This document shows positions 9,444 through 18,104 of a DNA stretch of 64,000 nt, one piece after another. The position numbers were made by a program, and so were the translations under genes. The stretch's first letter is position 1; each line of letters opens with the position of its first letter. Where the stretch lies: assembly GCA_017433825.1 (NCBI GenBank), contig JAFRGL010000005.1, forward strand, positions 58,797 through 122,796, in the 5' to 3' direction. Below the pieces are notes generated by a model that made no database searches, was not told the origin of the DNA, and saw only the letters and a list, made by a program, of their open reading frames with translations. The stretch is from Eubacterium sp. Its GTDB lineage: Bacteria > Bacillota > Clostridia > Lachnospirales > Lachnospiraceae.

Positions 9444-10748
9444 ATGGATTACAAGGAATTATACGAGTCTAAAAAGACTACCATTGCTGAGGCGCTTAAG
9501 CTGATTCAGTCCCACGACACCATCGTAACCGGTACCGACTCCAACGCGGCCGTCAGCACATTACAGCAGCTGCACACCATCGCGGACAGGGTTGAGGACG
9601 TATGGGTCATCAAAGGCCAGGACAGAAATTACCAGTTCATGTCCGACCCGGCCATGAACGGCCACATCAATACCACCGGCCTTATCATGGGCGGCCCCTC
9701 CAGGGAAGCACAGAAGGTATGGAACTATCAGTTCATGCCCGCCAACCTGCATGACTGGATTGTAAGATGGAACCAGGTCCGTCCGATCACCGTTCTTCTG
9801 ACCGCGGCGACCCCCATGGACGAGGAAGGCAATCTGTATATGTCCACCTGCCTTATCAACGAGGCTTTTGCGCTGAAACAGGATACCTTAAGAACCATTA
9901 TCGTCCAGGTTAACCCGAAGATGCCCAGACTGAAACCGGAAGCCGGCAAAATCCACATTTCCCAGATTGACGCCATCATCGAGCAGGAAGAAGACCTCTG
10001 GTCCGTTCCATCACCCGTTCCCTCAGAGAACGACAAGATCATCGGCGGCACCGCTGCGGAATTCATCCATGACGGCGACTGTATCCAGGTAGGTCTCGGC
10101 GGCACGGCAGACATGGTAGCCCTGGCCCTGCAGTCCAAGCATGACCTGGGCCTGCATACCGAGCTTTTCACCCCCGGCATCGGCAAACTGATCCGCATGG
10201 GCGCCATTAACGGCTCCAGAAAGACCATCAACAAAGGCAAACACGTAGGTACCTTCGTTATCGGCGACGCGGAACTGTATGAGGATATGAATAAGAACCC
10301 GGATTACATGATGGTTCCCGGCCAGTACGCAAACGATCCGTTCATCATTGCCCAGAACGACAACATGGTTTCCATCAATACAGCCCTTGAGGTTGACCTT
10401 TTCGGCCAGGTATGTTCCGAATCCATCGGTTCCACCGAGTATTCAGGCACCGGCGGAGCAACTGACTTCGCTTACGGCGCACTGCATTCAAAGGGCGGCC
10501 GCGGCATTATTGCCATGTCCTCCACCGCGAAGAAGGGCACCATGACCAAGATCAAAGCCCAGCTTACTCCCGGCGCTGCCGTTACCATCAGCAGGAACTT
10601 GGTTGACATGATTATCACCGAGTACGGTGTTGCTTACATGAGGGGCAGAACCCTGACTGAGCGTGCCTACAACATGATCGCCATTGCCCATCCGGATTTC
10701 CGTGAGGAGCTGACCCAGCAGGCGAAGAAGCTCGGCATGATTCCGTAA
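9444..10748 (+). CDS. acetyl-CoA hydrolase/transferase family protein (4-hydroxybutyrate / butyryl-CoA:acetate CoA-transferase-like)
   Basis: 434 aa. Motifs GIHTELFTPG (catalytic Glu region) and SGTGGATDF, characteristic of family I CoA-transferases of the Cat/ACH1 type. Confidence 0.8.
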   Translation: MDYKELYESKKTTIAEALKLIQSHDTIVTGTDSNAAVSTLQQLHTIADRVEDVWVIKGQDRNYQFMSDPAMNGHINTTGLIMGGPSREAQKVWNYQFMPANLHDWIVRWNQVRPITVLLTAATPMDEEGNLYMSTCLINEAFALKQDTLRTIIVQVNPKMPRLKPEAGKIHISQIDAIIEQEEDLWSVPSPVPSENDKIIGGTAAEFIHDGDCIQVGLGGTADMVALALQSKHDLGLHTELFTPGIGKLIRMGAINGSRKTINKGKHVGTFVIGDAELYEDMNKNPDYMMVPGQYANDPFIIAQNDNMVSINTALEVDLFGQVCSESIGSTEYSGTGGATDFAYGALHSKGGRGIIAMSSTAKKGTMTKIKAQLTPGAAVTISRNLVDMIITEYGVAYMRGRTLTERAYNMIAIAHPDFREELTQQAKKLGMIP

Positions 10749-10802
10749 GTTATTTACTATACTGCGGGCGGGGCGAATTTGCACCGTACCTGCACATATA
10801 TC

Positions 10803-10838
10803 AAAAAGCATGGCTGCATTTTCGCAGCCATGCTTTTT
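10803..10838. terminator. bidirectional intrinsic terminator hairpin
   Basis: AAAAAGCATGGCTGC-ATTTTC-GCAGCCATGCTTTTTT between convergent genes. Confidence 0.7.
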
Positions 10839-10871
10839 TCGCTGATACGCATTATTTCCGGCCTGAAGCGT

Positions 10872-11777
10872 TTAATCCAGGCGGAGTTTCAGATGATAAC
10901 CTGATTCGCAGGACATGGAGAAACAGTATTCGCCTCCGGACAGCCGGATCGGTATATCCTCCCCGTGGAATTCAGTCTCTGTCCGGGAATATACAGCCTC
11001 TCCGTTTTCATCTATGACCTCGAAGGTAATGGGAGAGGGGGCTTTCAGATCCAGGTCCAGATAATAGTTGTCCGGGTATCTGACAGTGACGGCACCGAAG
11101 CGGCTGTCAATAACCGGCTCGTCAACATCGCCGGCCCGCATATCGGTGGTAGTAGTGGGACGCGTGACAGTCAGCGCGACGCTGGACAGAGCACCGATAA
11201 TGATAACGGCAAAAAACAGGGTCACAAAGAGACTGTCGCCCTTTCTGCTGCGGCTGGCTGCGGCGTTTCGCATAATGCCGACGCCGCGCAGCAGAACCAC
11301 GCATTCCACGGCAAGAGTGGCAAACATGACAATTGCCGGAAGCTTCGGCGCCCGGATAACCTGGACCAGGTAAAATACCGCCAGAATACCGATGATTATG
11401 CTGATAACCAGGGCAAGACGGACCCAGCGGCGGTTCATTTCCAGCATGGATTCCCTGTCCGTAAAGATTTCGTAGGCTTCTTCGGGAAGGGACGGATCGT
11501 AAAGCTTGCGGAAATAATGCCAGCCGTTGAAGGTGGAGTTCACATATTCCCATCCCTGCTCCCGGAAGGTTTCGATATAGCGGCCTATATCGTCGATTTT
11601 TCCGTAATCCAGCTGATAGCGGTAACGGACGTGCTCGTTTTTCACAAACTTGCTGTGGAGGCCATAACCTCTGACAAGCTGCCAGCCCTCCTCGGAGGCC
11701 CGGTTTAAATCCTCCACTTCCTTTTCGTAATTCCAGGCAGAATAGATTTTGAACGAATACCTGTATTCCCTGCCCAT
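10872..11777 (-). CDS. DUF2812-type membrane protein (usual partner of PadR regulators)
   Basis: The N-terminus (MGREYRYSFKIYSAWNYEKEVEDLNRASEEGWQLV) is the pattern I associate with DUF2812. Two or three TM segments mid-protein. Lies 3 nt downstream of a PadR gene. Confidence 0.7.
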   Translation of the reverse strand: MGREYRYSFKIYSAWNYEKEVEDLNRASEEGWQLVRGYGLHSKFVKNEHVRYRYQLDYGKIDDIGRYIETFREQGWEYVNSTFNGWHYFRKLYDPSLPEEAYEIFTDRESMLEMNRRWVRLALVISIIIGILAVFYLVQVIRAPKLPAIVMFATLAVECVVLLRGVGIMRNAAASRSRKGDSLFVTLFFAVIIIGALSSVALTVTRPTTTTDMRAGDVDEPVIDSRFGAVTVRYPDNYYLDLDLKAPSPITFEVIDENGEAVYSRTETEFHGEDIPIRLSGGEYCFSMSCESGYHLKLRLD

Positions 11778-11780
11778 ACG

Positions 11781-12092
11781 TTACACCTCCTCCGCATTGG
11801 CCAGCATCCGCTGAAGCCTTTGTATTTCAGCCCTCAGGGCTTCCCGTCCGGCATCGGTCAGCTGGTACAGCCGCCGGCGCTCCAGACCGGGCTCATCTGA
11901 CATGATTTCCCGGATCCACCCTTTTTTTATCATGTTGCCGGTGGCACCGTACATGGTGCCGGACCCGATGGTAACGTCTCCCTTCGAAAGCTTCTCCGTC
12001 ATCTGCATGATGCCGTAGCCGTGGTTTGCGCCTTTTGCAAGGCACAGCAGGATGTAATAATAGCTTTCGGACATTGGTTCGATTTTTTTCAT
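11781..12092 (-). CDS. PadR-family transcriptional regulator
   Basis: 103 aa. The winged-helix pattern YYILLCLAKGANHGYGIMQ...GTMYGATGNMIKKGWI...RRRLYQLTDAGREAL is typical of PadR. Confidence 0.85.
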   Translation of the reverse strand: MKKIEPMSESYYYILLCLAKGANHGYGIMQMTEKLSKGDVTIGSGTMYGATGNMIKKGWIREIMSDEPGLERRRLYQLTDAGREALRAEIQRLQRMLANAEEV

Positions 12093-12102
12093 TTATATCA
12101 CC

Positions 12103-12156
12103 TCACGATATATCGCCTTGCGACTGTATCGTATCACGACATATATCGGGTGTCAA
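12103..12156 (-). promoter_or_regulatory. candidate padR promoter with two copies of a TCACGA(C)ATATATCG box (possible autoregulatory operators)
   Basis: On the minus strand: TTGACA (12151-12156), 17-nt spacer, TACGAT (12128-12133). The box TCACGACATATATCG (12134-12148) fills the spacer. A second copy, TCACGATATATCG (12103-12115), lies just upstream of the ATG. Confidence 0.45.
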
Positions 12157-12228
12157 CATACTTATCAGAACTATAATAAGACTTATATGAAATATAAAAT
12201 ACACCGGAAAGAAGCGGGAAACGGCATG

Positions 12229-12258
12229 AAAAAACAGCTTCAGCGGACTGAAGCTGCT
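12229..12258 (-). terminator. intrinsic terminator downstream of the HD-domain gene
   Basis: Minus strand reads CAGCTTCAG-TCCG-CTGAAGCTG followed by TTTTTT. Confidence 0.65.
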
Positions 12259-12286
12259 GCGTTTGTTATATAGAAAGGGAATAACC

Positions 12287-12856
12287 TTAACCGGCGATTT
12301 CATCCTCCACGGCCTTCATTGCTTCCAGCGCCTGGGAGAGCAGGTCGTCCAGTTCCCAGCCCAGCTGAGCCGCACCTGAGCGGATGATGTCACGGGAACA
12401 GCCGGCGGCAAAACGTTTGTCCTTGAATTTCTTCTTCAGGCTGGAAAGCTCCATGTCTTTGCAGCTCTTCGACGGCCGCATCAGGGCGGCTGCGCCGATA
12501 AGCCCGGTGAGTTCATCCACGGCAAACATGATCTTTTCCATTTCGTGAACCGGTTCCACATCGGAACAGATGCCGTAACCGTGGGAGCAGACGGCGTGCA
12601 CCAGCTCCGGCGAAGCGTCAATTTCCGCCAGAAGTTCCGGCGCCTTTTTACAGTGCTCCTCCGGATACTGCTCAAAATCCACGTCATGCAGCAGGCCGCA
12701 TAAGCCCCAGAATTCCTCATCTTCCCCGAAGCCTTTTTCCCGGGCAAAATAGCGCATGCAGGCTTCCACCGTCCGCGCGTGGGTCAGATGAAACTGTTCT
12801 TTATTATATTTGGTCAGCAGCTCCCAGGCCTGTTCTCTGGTAATATTCGCGTTCAT
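12287..12856 (-). CDS. HD-domain metal-dependent phosphohydrolase (small HDIG-like protein)
   Basis: 189 aa. HARTVE...LLHDVD supplies the H...HD signature. GGAGGAAG RBS upstream. Confidence 0.75.
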   Translation of the reverse strand: MNANITREQAWELLTKYNKEQFHLTHARTVEACMRYFAREKGFGEDEEFWGLCGLLHDVDFEQYPEEHCKKAPELLAEIDASPELVHAVCSHGYGICSDVEPVHEMEKIMFAVDELTGLIGAAALMRPSKSCKDMELSSLKKKFKDKRFAAGCSRDIIRSGAAQLGWELDDLLSQALEAMKAVEDEIAG

Positions 12857-12975
12857 TTTACTTCCTCCAAATTATTGCTGGTTCGAACCTTTGAGCCCTA
12901 GTATATACAACTATTTCCGGGATAGCAAGAAAACTTGCTTATTTCTTCCCTTCAAAGGTTAATTCCCGGTGGGAG

Positions 12976-13167
12976 GTAGAAGACTGCCGGGGATACAGTC
13001 AAGATAATTCTACCCAATAAAGCCAAATCTGCCCGAAGGGTAGAAGAATGCCGGGGGTACAGTCAAGATAATTCTACCCAATAAAGCCAAATCTGCCCGA
13101 AGAGTAGAAGACTGCCGGGGATACAGTCAGGATAATTCTACCCATCGAAGCGATAACCCGCCGTAGA
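12976..13167. repeat. tandem array A: three 64-bp units plus a degenerate fourth starting at 13168
   Basis: Units start at 12976, 13040 and 13104, an exact 64-bp period. Each unit is GTAGAA-N26-TTCTACCC-N24. Units 1 and 2 differ at only a few positions. The arms form an inverted repeat (GGGTAGAA / TTCTACCC, perfect at 13038-13079). Confidence 0.9.
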
Positions 13168-13207
13168 GTAGAAAATTAGAAGTGACAGGCCGCCGTCTGC
13201 CGTCTGA

Positions 13208-14062
13208 TTATCTGAAGTGGAAATCAAGAAGCCGGTCGACAGCTTTAATATTAAGCGGATGGCGCCGGGTTTCATGGGTGAGAATCAGTCTGTCGCCCGG
13301 AAATATTCCGTTTTCTTCGTATAAAGCAATCCGATCCACCGCGCTTTCACTGTAATAGGAGTCGTCCATCATTCCGAGGTGCTCAAGATAGATTTCCCTC
13401 CTGCGGCGGAGGTCCAGAATCGTAAAATCCGGGTGGATTATTCCCCCTGATTTCAGGGTAAGGGGACATTCATATTTGTAGGGGAGTCCTTTACGGATTA
13501 AAAGATTGGCAAGGATGACTTCGGATTTGGAACGGACCCGCTCATCCCTTTCCGTGTAGAATTCCAAAGCACCATCGGAAAACGGCTTCGGAGTGAATCC
13601 GGTATCCATCCACTGCTTCAGGAACAGTTCATCAGGAACGATTACCGCCCGAATCAGGGATTTTCTGTTATCCGGCAGGTACTTATAAACTGCCTCTGCG
13701 GGAATGTCGGGAAGCTGCTTTTGAAACGTTTCGAGTGCTTTTAATTCCTCCCGTGCGGCAAAAAGCACCTTCCTGTCATACCCTTTTTGTGCCAGCTGGT
13801 GAATAATATCTGACTTTGTTTTGTTAAGATAATTGCAGGAAGGGGAGCCGCCGCGGATAATCTGGAAATAATAATCATGATTTCCCTTTGTCTGGATTTT
13901 AAGAAAACCATCCGGTTTACCGGAAAGAGATTCAGCTTTGACTGCAATCAGCTTCTTCAGATAATTTATCCTGGAGCCGATAAATGAGTAGTCCGGCGGA
14001 CCGGCTGTTCCGGTTTCCGAAAATGCATTTCTGCCTGTTCGGGGATTTAAGTCAGGGTTCAT
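13208..14062 (-). CDS. hypothetical protein with a C-terminal restriction-endonuclease-like (PD-(D/E)XK / Vsr-DUF559-like) motif pattern
   Basis: 284-aa ORF with AGGAGG upstream. C-terminal region RSKSEVILANLLIRKGLPYKYE...IIHPDFTILD...EIYLEHLGMMDD fits an E...PD...ExH nuclease-fold pattern. This is pattern recognition only. The gene is visibly AT-richer than its neighbours. Confidence 0.5.
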   Translation of the reverse strand: MNPDLNPRTGRNAFSETGTAGPPDYSFIGSRINYLKKLIAVKAESLSGKPDGFLKIQTKGNHDYYFQIIRGGSPSCNYLNKTKSDIIHQLAQKGYDRKVLFAAREELKALETFQKQLPDIPAEAVYKYLPDNRKSLIRAVIVPDELFLKQWMDTGFTPKPFSDGALEFYTERDERVRSKSEVILANLLIRKGLPYKYECPLTLKSGGIIHPDFTILDLRRRREIYLEHLGMMDDSYYSESAVDRIALYEENGIFPGDRLILTHETRRHPLNIKAVDRLLDFHFR

Positions 14063-14173
14063 ATGATGCCTCCTTGAAAATATTATTAAGAATGAATTCT
14101 TTTAAAAAACGATATTGAAATTAGGTAGATAAGCGATGTTTTCTCCCCCCGCAGGGCAGAAACTAGGAAAAGG

Positions 14174-14365
14174 GCAGAAAATTGAACAGAGAAAAAGCAG
14201 GAACATTCTCCCCTGTGAGAGGAAAAATATGAAAAAAGTAGAAAATTGGACAGAGAAAAAGCAGGAACCTTCTCCCCTGTAAGAGGAAAAACATGAAAAG
14301 GGCAGAAAACTGGACAGAGAAACAGACAGAAGGTTCTACCCTTCAGGGTGGAAATCGGGGAAAGG
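14174..14365. repeat. tandem array B: three 64-bp units plus a partial unit from 14141; same architecture as array A
   Basis: Units start at 14174, 14238 and 14302, an exact 64-bp period. Each unit is G[C/T]AGAA-N26-TTCT[C/A]CCC-N24, in the same orientation as array A. Confidence 0.85.
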
Positions 14366-14400
14366 GGAGGAAATACGAGGAAGAAGCCCGGCAGAGAAGC

Positions 14401-14430
14401 ATAAAAGCGGCTGCATCTGCAGCCGCTTTC
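14401..14430 (-). terminator. intrinsic terminator after the tRNA pair
   Basis: Minus strand reads AAAGCGGCTGCA-GA-TGCAGCCGCTTT followed by TAT. Confidence 0.7.
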
Positions 14431-14439
14431 GTTATTGCG

Positions 14440-14513
14440 TAGCGAGAGGGGGATTCGAACCCTCGACACTGCGGGTATGAACCGCATGCTCTAGCCAACT
14501 GAGCTATCTCGCC
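14440..14513 (-). tRNA. tRNA with CAT anticodon (elongator Met, or Ile2 if lysidine-modified); CCA not encoded
   Basis: Manual cloverleaf on the minus strand: GGCGAGA-TA-GCTC-AGTTGGCTA-GAGC-A-TGCGG-TTCATAC-CCGCA-GTGTC-GAGGG-TTCGAAT-CCCCC-TCTCGCT-A. There is one A:C mismatch in the T stem and a G1:U72 pair. It lacks the initiator features (no 3 x G:C at the base of the anticodon stem). Confidence 0.85.
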
Positions 14514-14520
14514 GTATATA

Positions 14521-14593
14521 TGGGGCCTACAGGGCTCGAACCTGTGACCCTCTGCTTGTAAGGCAGATGCTCTCCCAGCTGAGCTAAGACCCC
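14521..14593 (-). tRNA. tRNA-Val (anticodon TAC)
   Basis: Minus strand: GGGGTCT-TA-GCTC-AGCTGGGA-GAGC-A-TCTGC-CTTACAA-GCAGA-GGGTC-ACAGG-TTCGAGC-CCTGT-AGGCCCC-A. All stems pair. Confidence 0.92.
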
Positions 14594-14621
14594 GTCACCT
14601 GTCCTTAACAGGCAAAACAGA

Positions 14622-14650
14622 TTATATTATCAAAGGTAAGGATTTGTCAA
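14622..14650 (-). promoter_or_regulatory. sigma-70-type promoter for the tRNA-Val/tRNA-CAT unit
   Basis: Minus strand: TTGACA (14645-14650), then either a 17-nt spacer to ATATAA or a 15-nt spacer to TAATAT. It lies about 30 nt upstream of the tRNA-Val 5' end. Confidence 0.6.
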
Positions 14651-14825
14651 CAAAAACTTTCATCACTTTTCCGCTGACTGTGACGATTCTGTGAAATCCG
14701 ATAGAAATGATAAAAATACACAAGAAAAAACTTGATGTTTTGTTCAAAATGTTGTATGCTATCCATTACATAACTGAAAGTATGCCCTGTATACAGTCTG
14801 TTTTGCATAGAAAAAGGGGAAAAAC

Positions 14826-16937
14826 ATGGCAGAATTTATCAAGCTGAATGAGGTGTTCGGAGAAAATGTTTTCAATGATGCCGCCATGCAGCAGCGACTT
14901 CCCAAGAAAATATACATGAAGCTTCGGGAGATCATCGAATCCGGCGGTGAACTGGACAGTGAAACCGCGGACGTGATTGCTCATGAGATGAAAGAGTGGG
15001 CCATGGAAAAAGGCGCCACCCATTATACCCACTGGTTCCAGCCACTGACCGGTTTCACGGCAGAGAAGCATGATTCCTTCCTCGGCACCCCGCTGGAGTC
15101 CGGCAAGGCACTGATGTCTTTCTCCGGCAAGGAGCTGGTAAAAGGCGAGCCTGACGCTTCCTCCTTCCCCTCCGGGGGCCTGCGCGCCACCTTCGAGGCC
15201 AGGGGCTACACCGCCTGGGACTGCACCTCGCCCGCCTTCGTCCGTCAGGACGCCGCGGGGGCAACACTTTGCATTCCCACCGCCTTCTGTTCTTACAACG
15301 GAGAAGCCCTGGACGAGAAAACACCGCTTCTGCGTTCCATGCAGGCTCTCAATACCCAGACCATCCGTCTGCTGGCCCTGTTCGGCAAACACGTCAGAAA
15401 GGTGACGCCGAATGTAGGCGCGGAGCAGGAGTACTTCATTGTCAATGCGGAAAAGTTTAAGAAAAGGAAAGATTTGATTTATACCGGACGGACTCTGTTC
15501 GGGGCGATGCCGCCGAAAGGGCAGGATCTGAACGATCATTATTTCGGTACCATACGGCAGAAGATTGCCGGTTTCATGAAGGACGTCAACTATGAGCTGT
15601 GGCGCATGGGCGTTCCTGCGAAGACCCAGCACAATGAAACCGCGCCGGCCCAGCACGAACTGGCCCCGATATTCACCAAGGCAAATGTGGCGGTGGATCA
15701 CAACCAGCTCATCATGCAGACCCTCAAAAGGGTGGCCTCGGCCCACGGCTTCAAATGCATCCTGCATGAGAAGCCCTTTGCAGGCGTAAACGGTTCCGGC
15801 AAGCATAACAACTGGTCCCTGACCACGGACGACGGCACAAACCTTCTCGATCCGGGCAGGACGCCTCATGACAACATCCAGTTCCTGCTGATTCTGTCCT
15901 GCGTCATCAAGGCGGTGGACATGCATGCGGGACTTTTGAGGGAGTCGGCCGCGAACCCCGGCAATGATCTGAGACTCGGCGCGGACGAAGCGCCGCCGGC
16001 CATTATTTCCGTCTTCCTCGGCGAACAGCTGGAGGACGTGGTGGAACAGCTGGTATCCACCGGCACCGCCACCAGGAGCATTAAAGGCGGCGTGCTTTCT
16101 ACCGGCGTTTCCGGACTGCCTGAGCTGAACAAGGATGCCACGGACCGGAACAGGACTTCACCCTTTGCCTTCACCGGCAATAAATTTGAGTTCCGCATGG
16201 TGGGTTCCCAGGATTCCGTCGCCGGCGCGAACATCGTGCTGAATACCATTGTGGCGGAAGCCTTCTGCGAAGCCTGCGAGGTGCTGGAGAAGGCAGAGGA
16301 CTTCAATGCGGCCCTCCACGAACTGATCCGGGAGAACTTCAGCAATCACCGGCGCGTGATTTTCAACGGCAACGGATATTCGCAGGAATGGAGAGAGGAA
16401 GCGGCCCTGCGCGGACTTCCCAACCTGCCCACCATGGTTTCTGCCATTCCGGAGCTGACCCGTAAGGAAAATGTGGAAATGTTCGGCAGGTTCGGCGTAT
16501 TTACCGAAAACGAACTGAAATCCCGGGCCGCGGTGAAATACGACGTCTTTGCCAAGACCAGGAGCATTGAAGCCAAGGTCATGATCAATATGGCCAGGAA
16601 ACAGATTATCCCGGCAGTCATCCGCTATACCAGTACGCTGGCGGAGGACATCAACCAGCTGAAGGCCGCGGGCTTTGACGATGTGGACGTGCAGAAAACC
16701 CTGCTGACCCAGATTAACCAGGGACTGAAGGAAAGCTTTGACGCCCTGGTGGCCCTGGAAGAAAAAGACAATGCCGCTTCGGCGGTTACCGACGGAAGAG
16801 AACTCGCAGAATACTACAGTACCGCCGTTGTACCGGCCATGAATGCACTGCGCACGCCCATTGACCGGCTGGAGATGCTGGTAGACAAGGCTGTCTGGCC
16901 TATGCCGTCATATGGTGATTTGATGTTTGAGGTTTAA
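14826..16937 (+). CDS. glnN: glutamine synthetase, type III
   Basis: 703 aa, the length and sequence ([18 protein letters not shown]..., [21 protein letters not shown]) typical of GSIII. The 386-aa antisense ORF 14766..15926 is rejected. Confidence 0.9.
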   Translation: MAEFIKLNEVFGENVFNDAAMQQRLPKKIYMKLREIIESGGELDSETADVIAHEMKEWAMEKGATHYTHWFQPLTGFTAEKHDSFLGTPLESGKALMSFSGKELVKGEPDASSFPSGGLRATFEARGYTAWDCTSPAFVRQDAAGATLCIPTAFCSYNGEALDEKTPLLRSMQALNTQTIRLLALFGKHVRKVTPNVGAEQEYFIVNAEKFKKRKDLIYTGRTLFGAMPPKGQDLNDHYFGTIRQKIAGFMKDVNYELWRMGVPAKTQHNETAPAQHELAPIFTKANVAVDHNQLIMQTLKRVASAHGFKCILHEKPFAGVNGSGKHNNWSLTTDDGTNLLDPGRTPHDNIQFLLILSCVIKAVDMHAGLLRESAANPGNDLRLGADEAPPAIISVFLGEQLEDVVEQLVSTGTATRSIKGGVLSTGVSGLPELNKDATDRNRTSPFAFTGNKFEFRMVGSQDSVAGANIVLNTIVAEAFCEACEVLEKAEDFNAALHELIRENFSNHRRVIFNGNGYSQEWREEAALRGLPNLPTMVSAIPELTRKENVEMFGRFGVFTENELKSRAAVKYDVFAKTRSIEAKVMINMARKQIIPAVIRYTSTLAEDINQLKAAGFDDVDVQKTLLTQINQGLKESFDALVALEEKDNAASAVTDGRELAEYYSTAVVPAMNALRTPIDRLEMLVDKAVWPMPSYGDLMFEV

Positions 16938-16965
16938 GATATTTACCAAGTCGAGAGGTAAGAAG

Positions 16966-18054
16966 ATGATTTCCAATCAGATAATACAGAATACCGTGGA
17001 AGAACTGACGAACACCACCAATGTCAGCCTGGCTGCTGTCGATAAGGACGGAAGGCTCCTGGCCTCCACTTTCTATGAAGGGGCGGACACCATCATCGCT
17101 GCCGCCAGAAAATACATAGAAGACGGTGAAGCGCCGGAAGAAGGGAACTATTATTTCTTCAAGGTAGCCGAAGACAGGAACCTGGAATTTGTGGTTCTGG
17201 CAGATGCGGAAGCCGAGCTGGGAGACATGATTGGCAGCATTGCCGCATTTTCCCTGACCGAGCTGACAGCCGCCTATAAGGAGAAACACGACAGGGAAAG
17301 CTTTATAAAGAACCTGCTGCTGGACAACCTCCTGCTGGTGGATATCTATAACCGGGCGAAAAAACTGCATATCGAAACAACGGCCAGAAGGGTGGTCTAC
17401 ATCCTGGAGGCCAATCCCGCGGGCGACAAAGGCATTATGGACGACATCCGGGAGCTTCTGGGAAGCAAGACCGGAGATTTCGTCACCGCGGTGGATGAGA
17501 CCGGCGTCATTATCATCAAAACGCTGGAACCCGGGCAGGAGCATGCCCAGGCAGAGAAGACTGCCAGGGAAATCATGGAAGCCGTAAAAGGCGGGCAGGA
17601 CGACGAGACCCGCATTGCCTACGGTACCGTGGTAAATGAGATCAAGGATATCTCCAAATCCTACAAGGAAGCGAAGATGGCCCTGGATGTAGGCAAAATC
17701 TTCTTTGCGGAGAAGGATATCATCGCCTACAGCTCCTTAGGCATCGGCAGGCTGATTTACCAGCTGCCCATTCCCCTTTGTAAAATGTTTATCCGTGAGA
17801 TTTTTGCTGCGAAATCCCCGGATGAATTTGATGAAGAAACCATAAACACCATCAATAAGTTTTTTGAGAACAACCTGAATGTGTCAGAGACCAGCCGTCA
17901 GCTGTACATTCACAGAAATACCCTGGTATACAGACTGGACAAGCTTCAGAAGATGACCGGCCTGGATCTCAGGGTGTTCGAAGATGCGATTACCTTCAAG
18001 ATCGCGCTGATGGTCGTGAAATACATGAAATACATGGAGACCATGGACTATTAA
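16966..18054 (+). CDS. PucR/CdaR-family transcriptional regulator
   Basis: C-terminal PucR-type HTH (NLNVSETSRQLYIHRNTLVYRLDKLQKMTGLDL). Start set at the ATG at 16966, with an AGAGG RBS, in frame with track ORF 16927. Confidence 0.8.
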   Translation: MISNQIIQNTVEELTNTTNVSLAAVDKDGRLLASTFYEGADTIIAAARKYIEDGEAPEEGNYYFFKVAEDRNLEFVVLADAEAELGDMIGSIAAFSLTELTAAYKEKHDRESFIKNLLLDNLLLVDIYNRAKKLHIETTARRVVYILEANPAGDKGIMDDIRELLGSKTGDFVTAVDETGVIIIKTLEPGQEHAQAEKTAREIMEAVKGGQDDETRIAYGTVVNEIKDISKSYKEAKMALDVGKIFFAEKDIIAYSSLGIGRLIYQLPIPLCKMFIREIFAAKSPDEFDEETINTINKFFENNLNVSETSRQLYIHRNTLVYRLDKLQKMTGLDLRVFEDAITFKIALMVVKYMKYMETMDY

Positions 18055-18104
18055 GTCCGTACGCGCGAAGGAGAAGATATCGCAAAAAAGACAGGAGGAA
18101 ACGC

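Noticed and set aside
12103-12303. 66-aa ORF on the - strand between the padR and HD-domain genes
   Set aside because: It overlaps the HD-gene terminator and the padR promoter/operator region. It has no RBS, and its hydrophobic low-complexity sequence comes from AT-rich intergenic DNA.
12877-12897. tRNA-like fragment (GGTTCGAACC T-loop-like palindrome with about 15/19 matches to the tRNA-Val T-arm/variable region) as an att-site duplicate
   Set aside because: The similarity is dominated by the universally conserved T-loop. The flanking bases cannot form a T stem, and no acceptor-stem copy is present. This is too weak to call an att repeat, so it is mentioned only as a hint in the islet finding.
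12976-14365. Possibility that the 64-bp-period arrays are (degenerate) CRISPR arrays
   Set aside because: A 64-bp period fits repeat plus spacer. However, the 'spacer' portions are nearly identical between adjacent units, so these are plain tandem repeats. There are only 3-4 units per array and no cas genes in the window.
14086-14487. 133-aa ORF on the - strand spanning repeat array B
   Set aside because: It starts inside the tRNA(CAT) gene and its terminator. The translation is a low-complexity readout of the tandem repeats (FLLFS..., CPVFCPF...), and there is no RBS.
14766-15926. 386-aa ORF on the - strand
   Set aside because: It is antisense to type III glutamine synthetase, with biased composition and no RBS or context.
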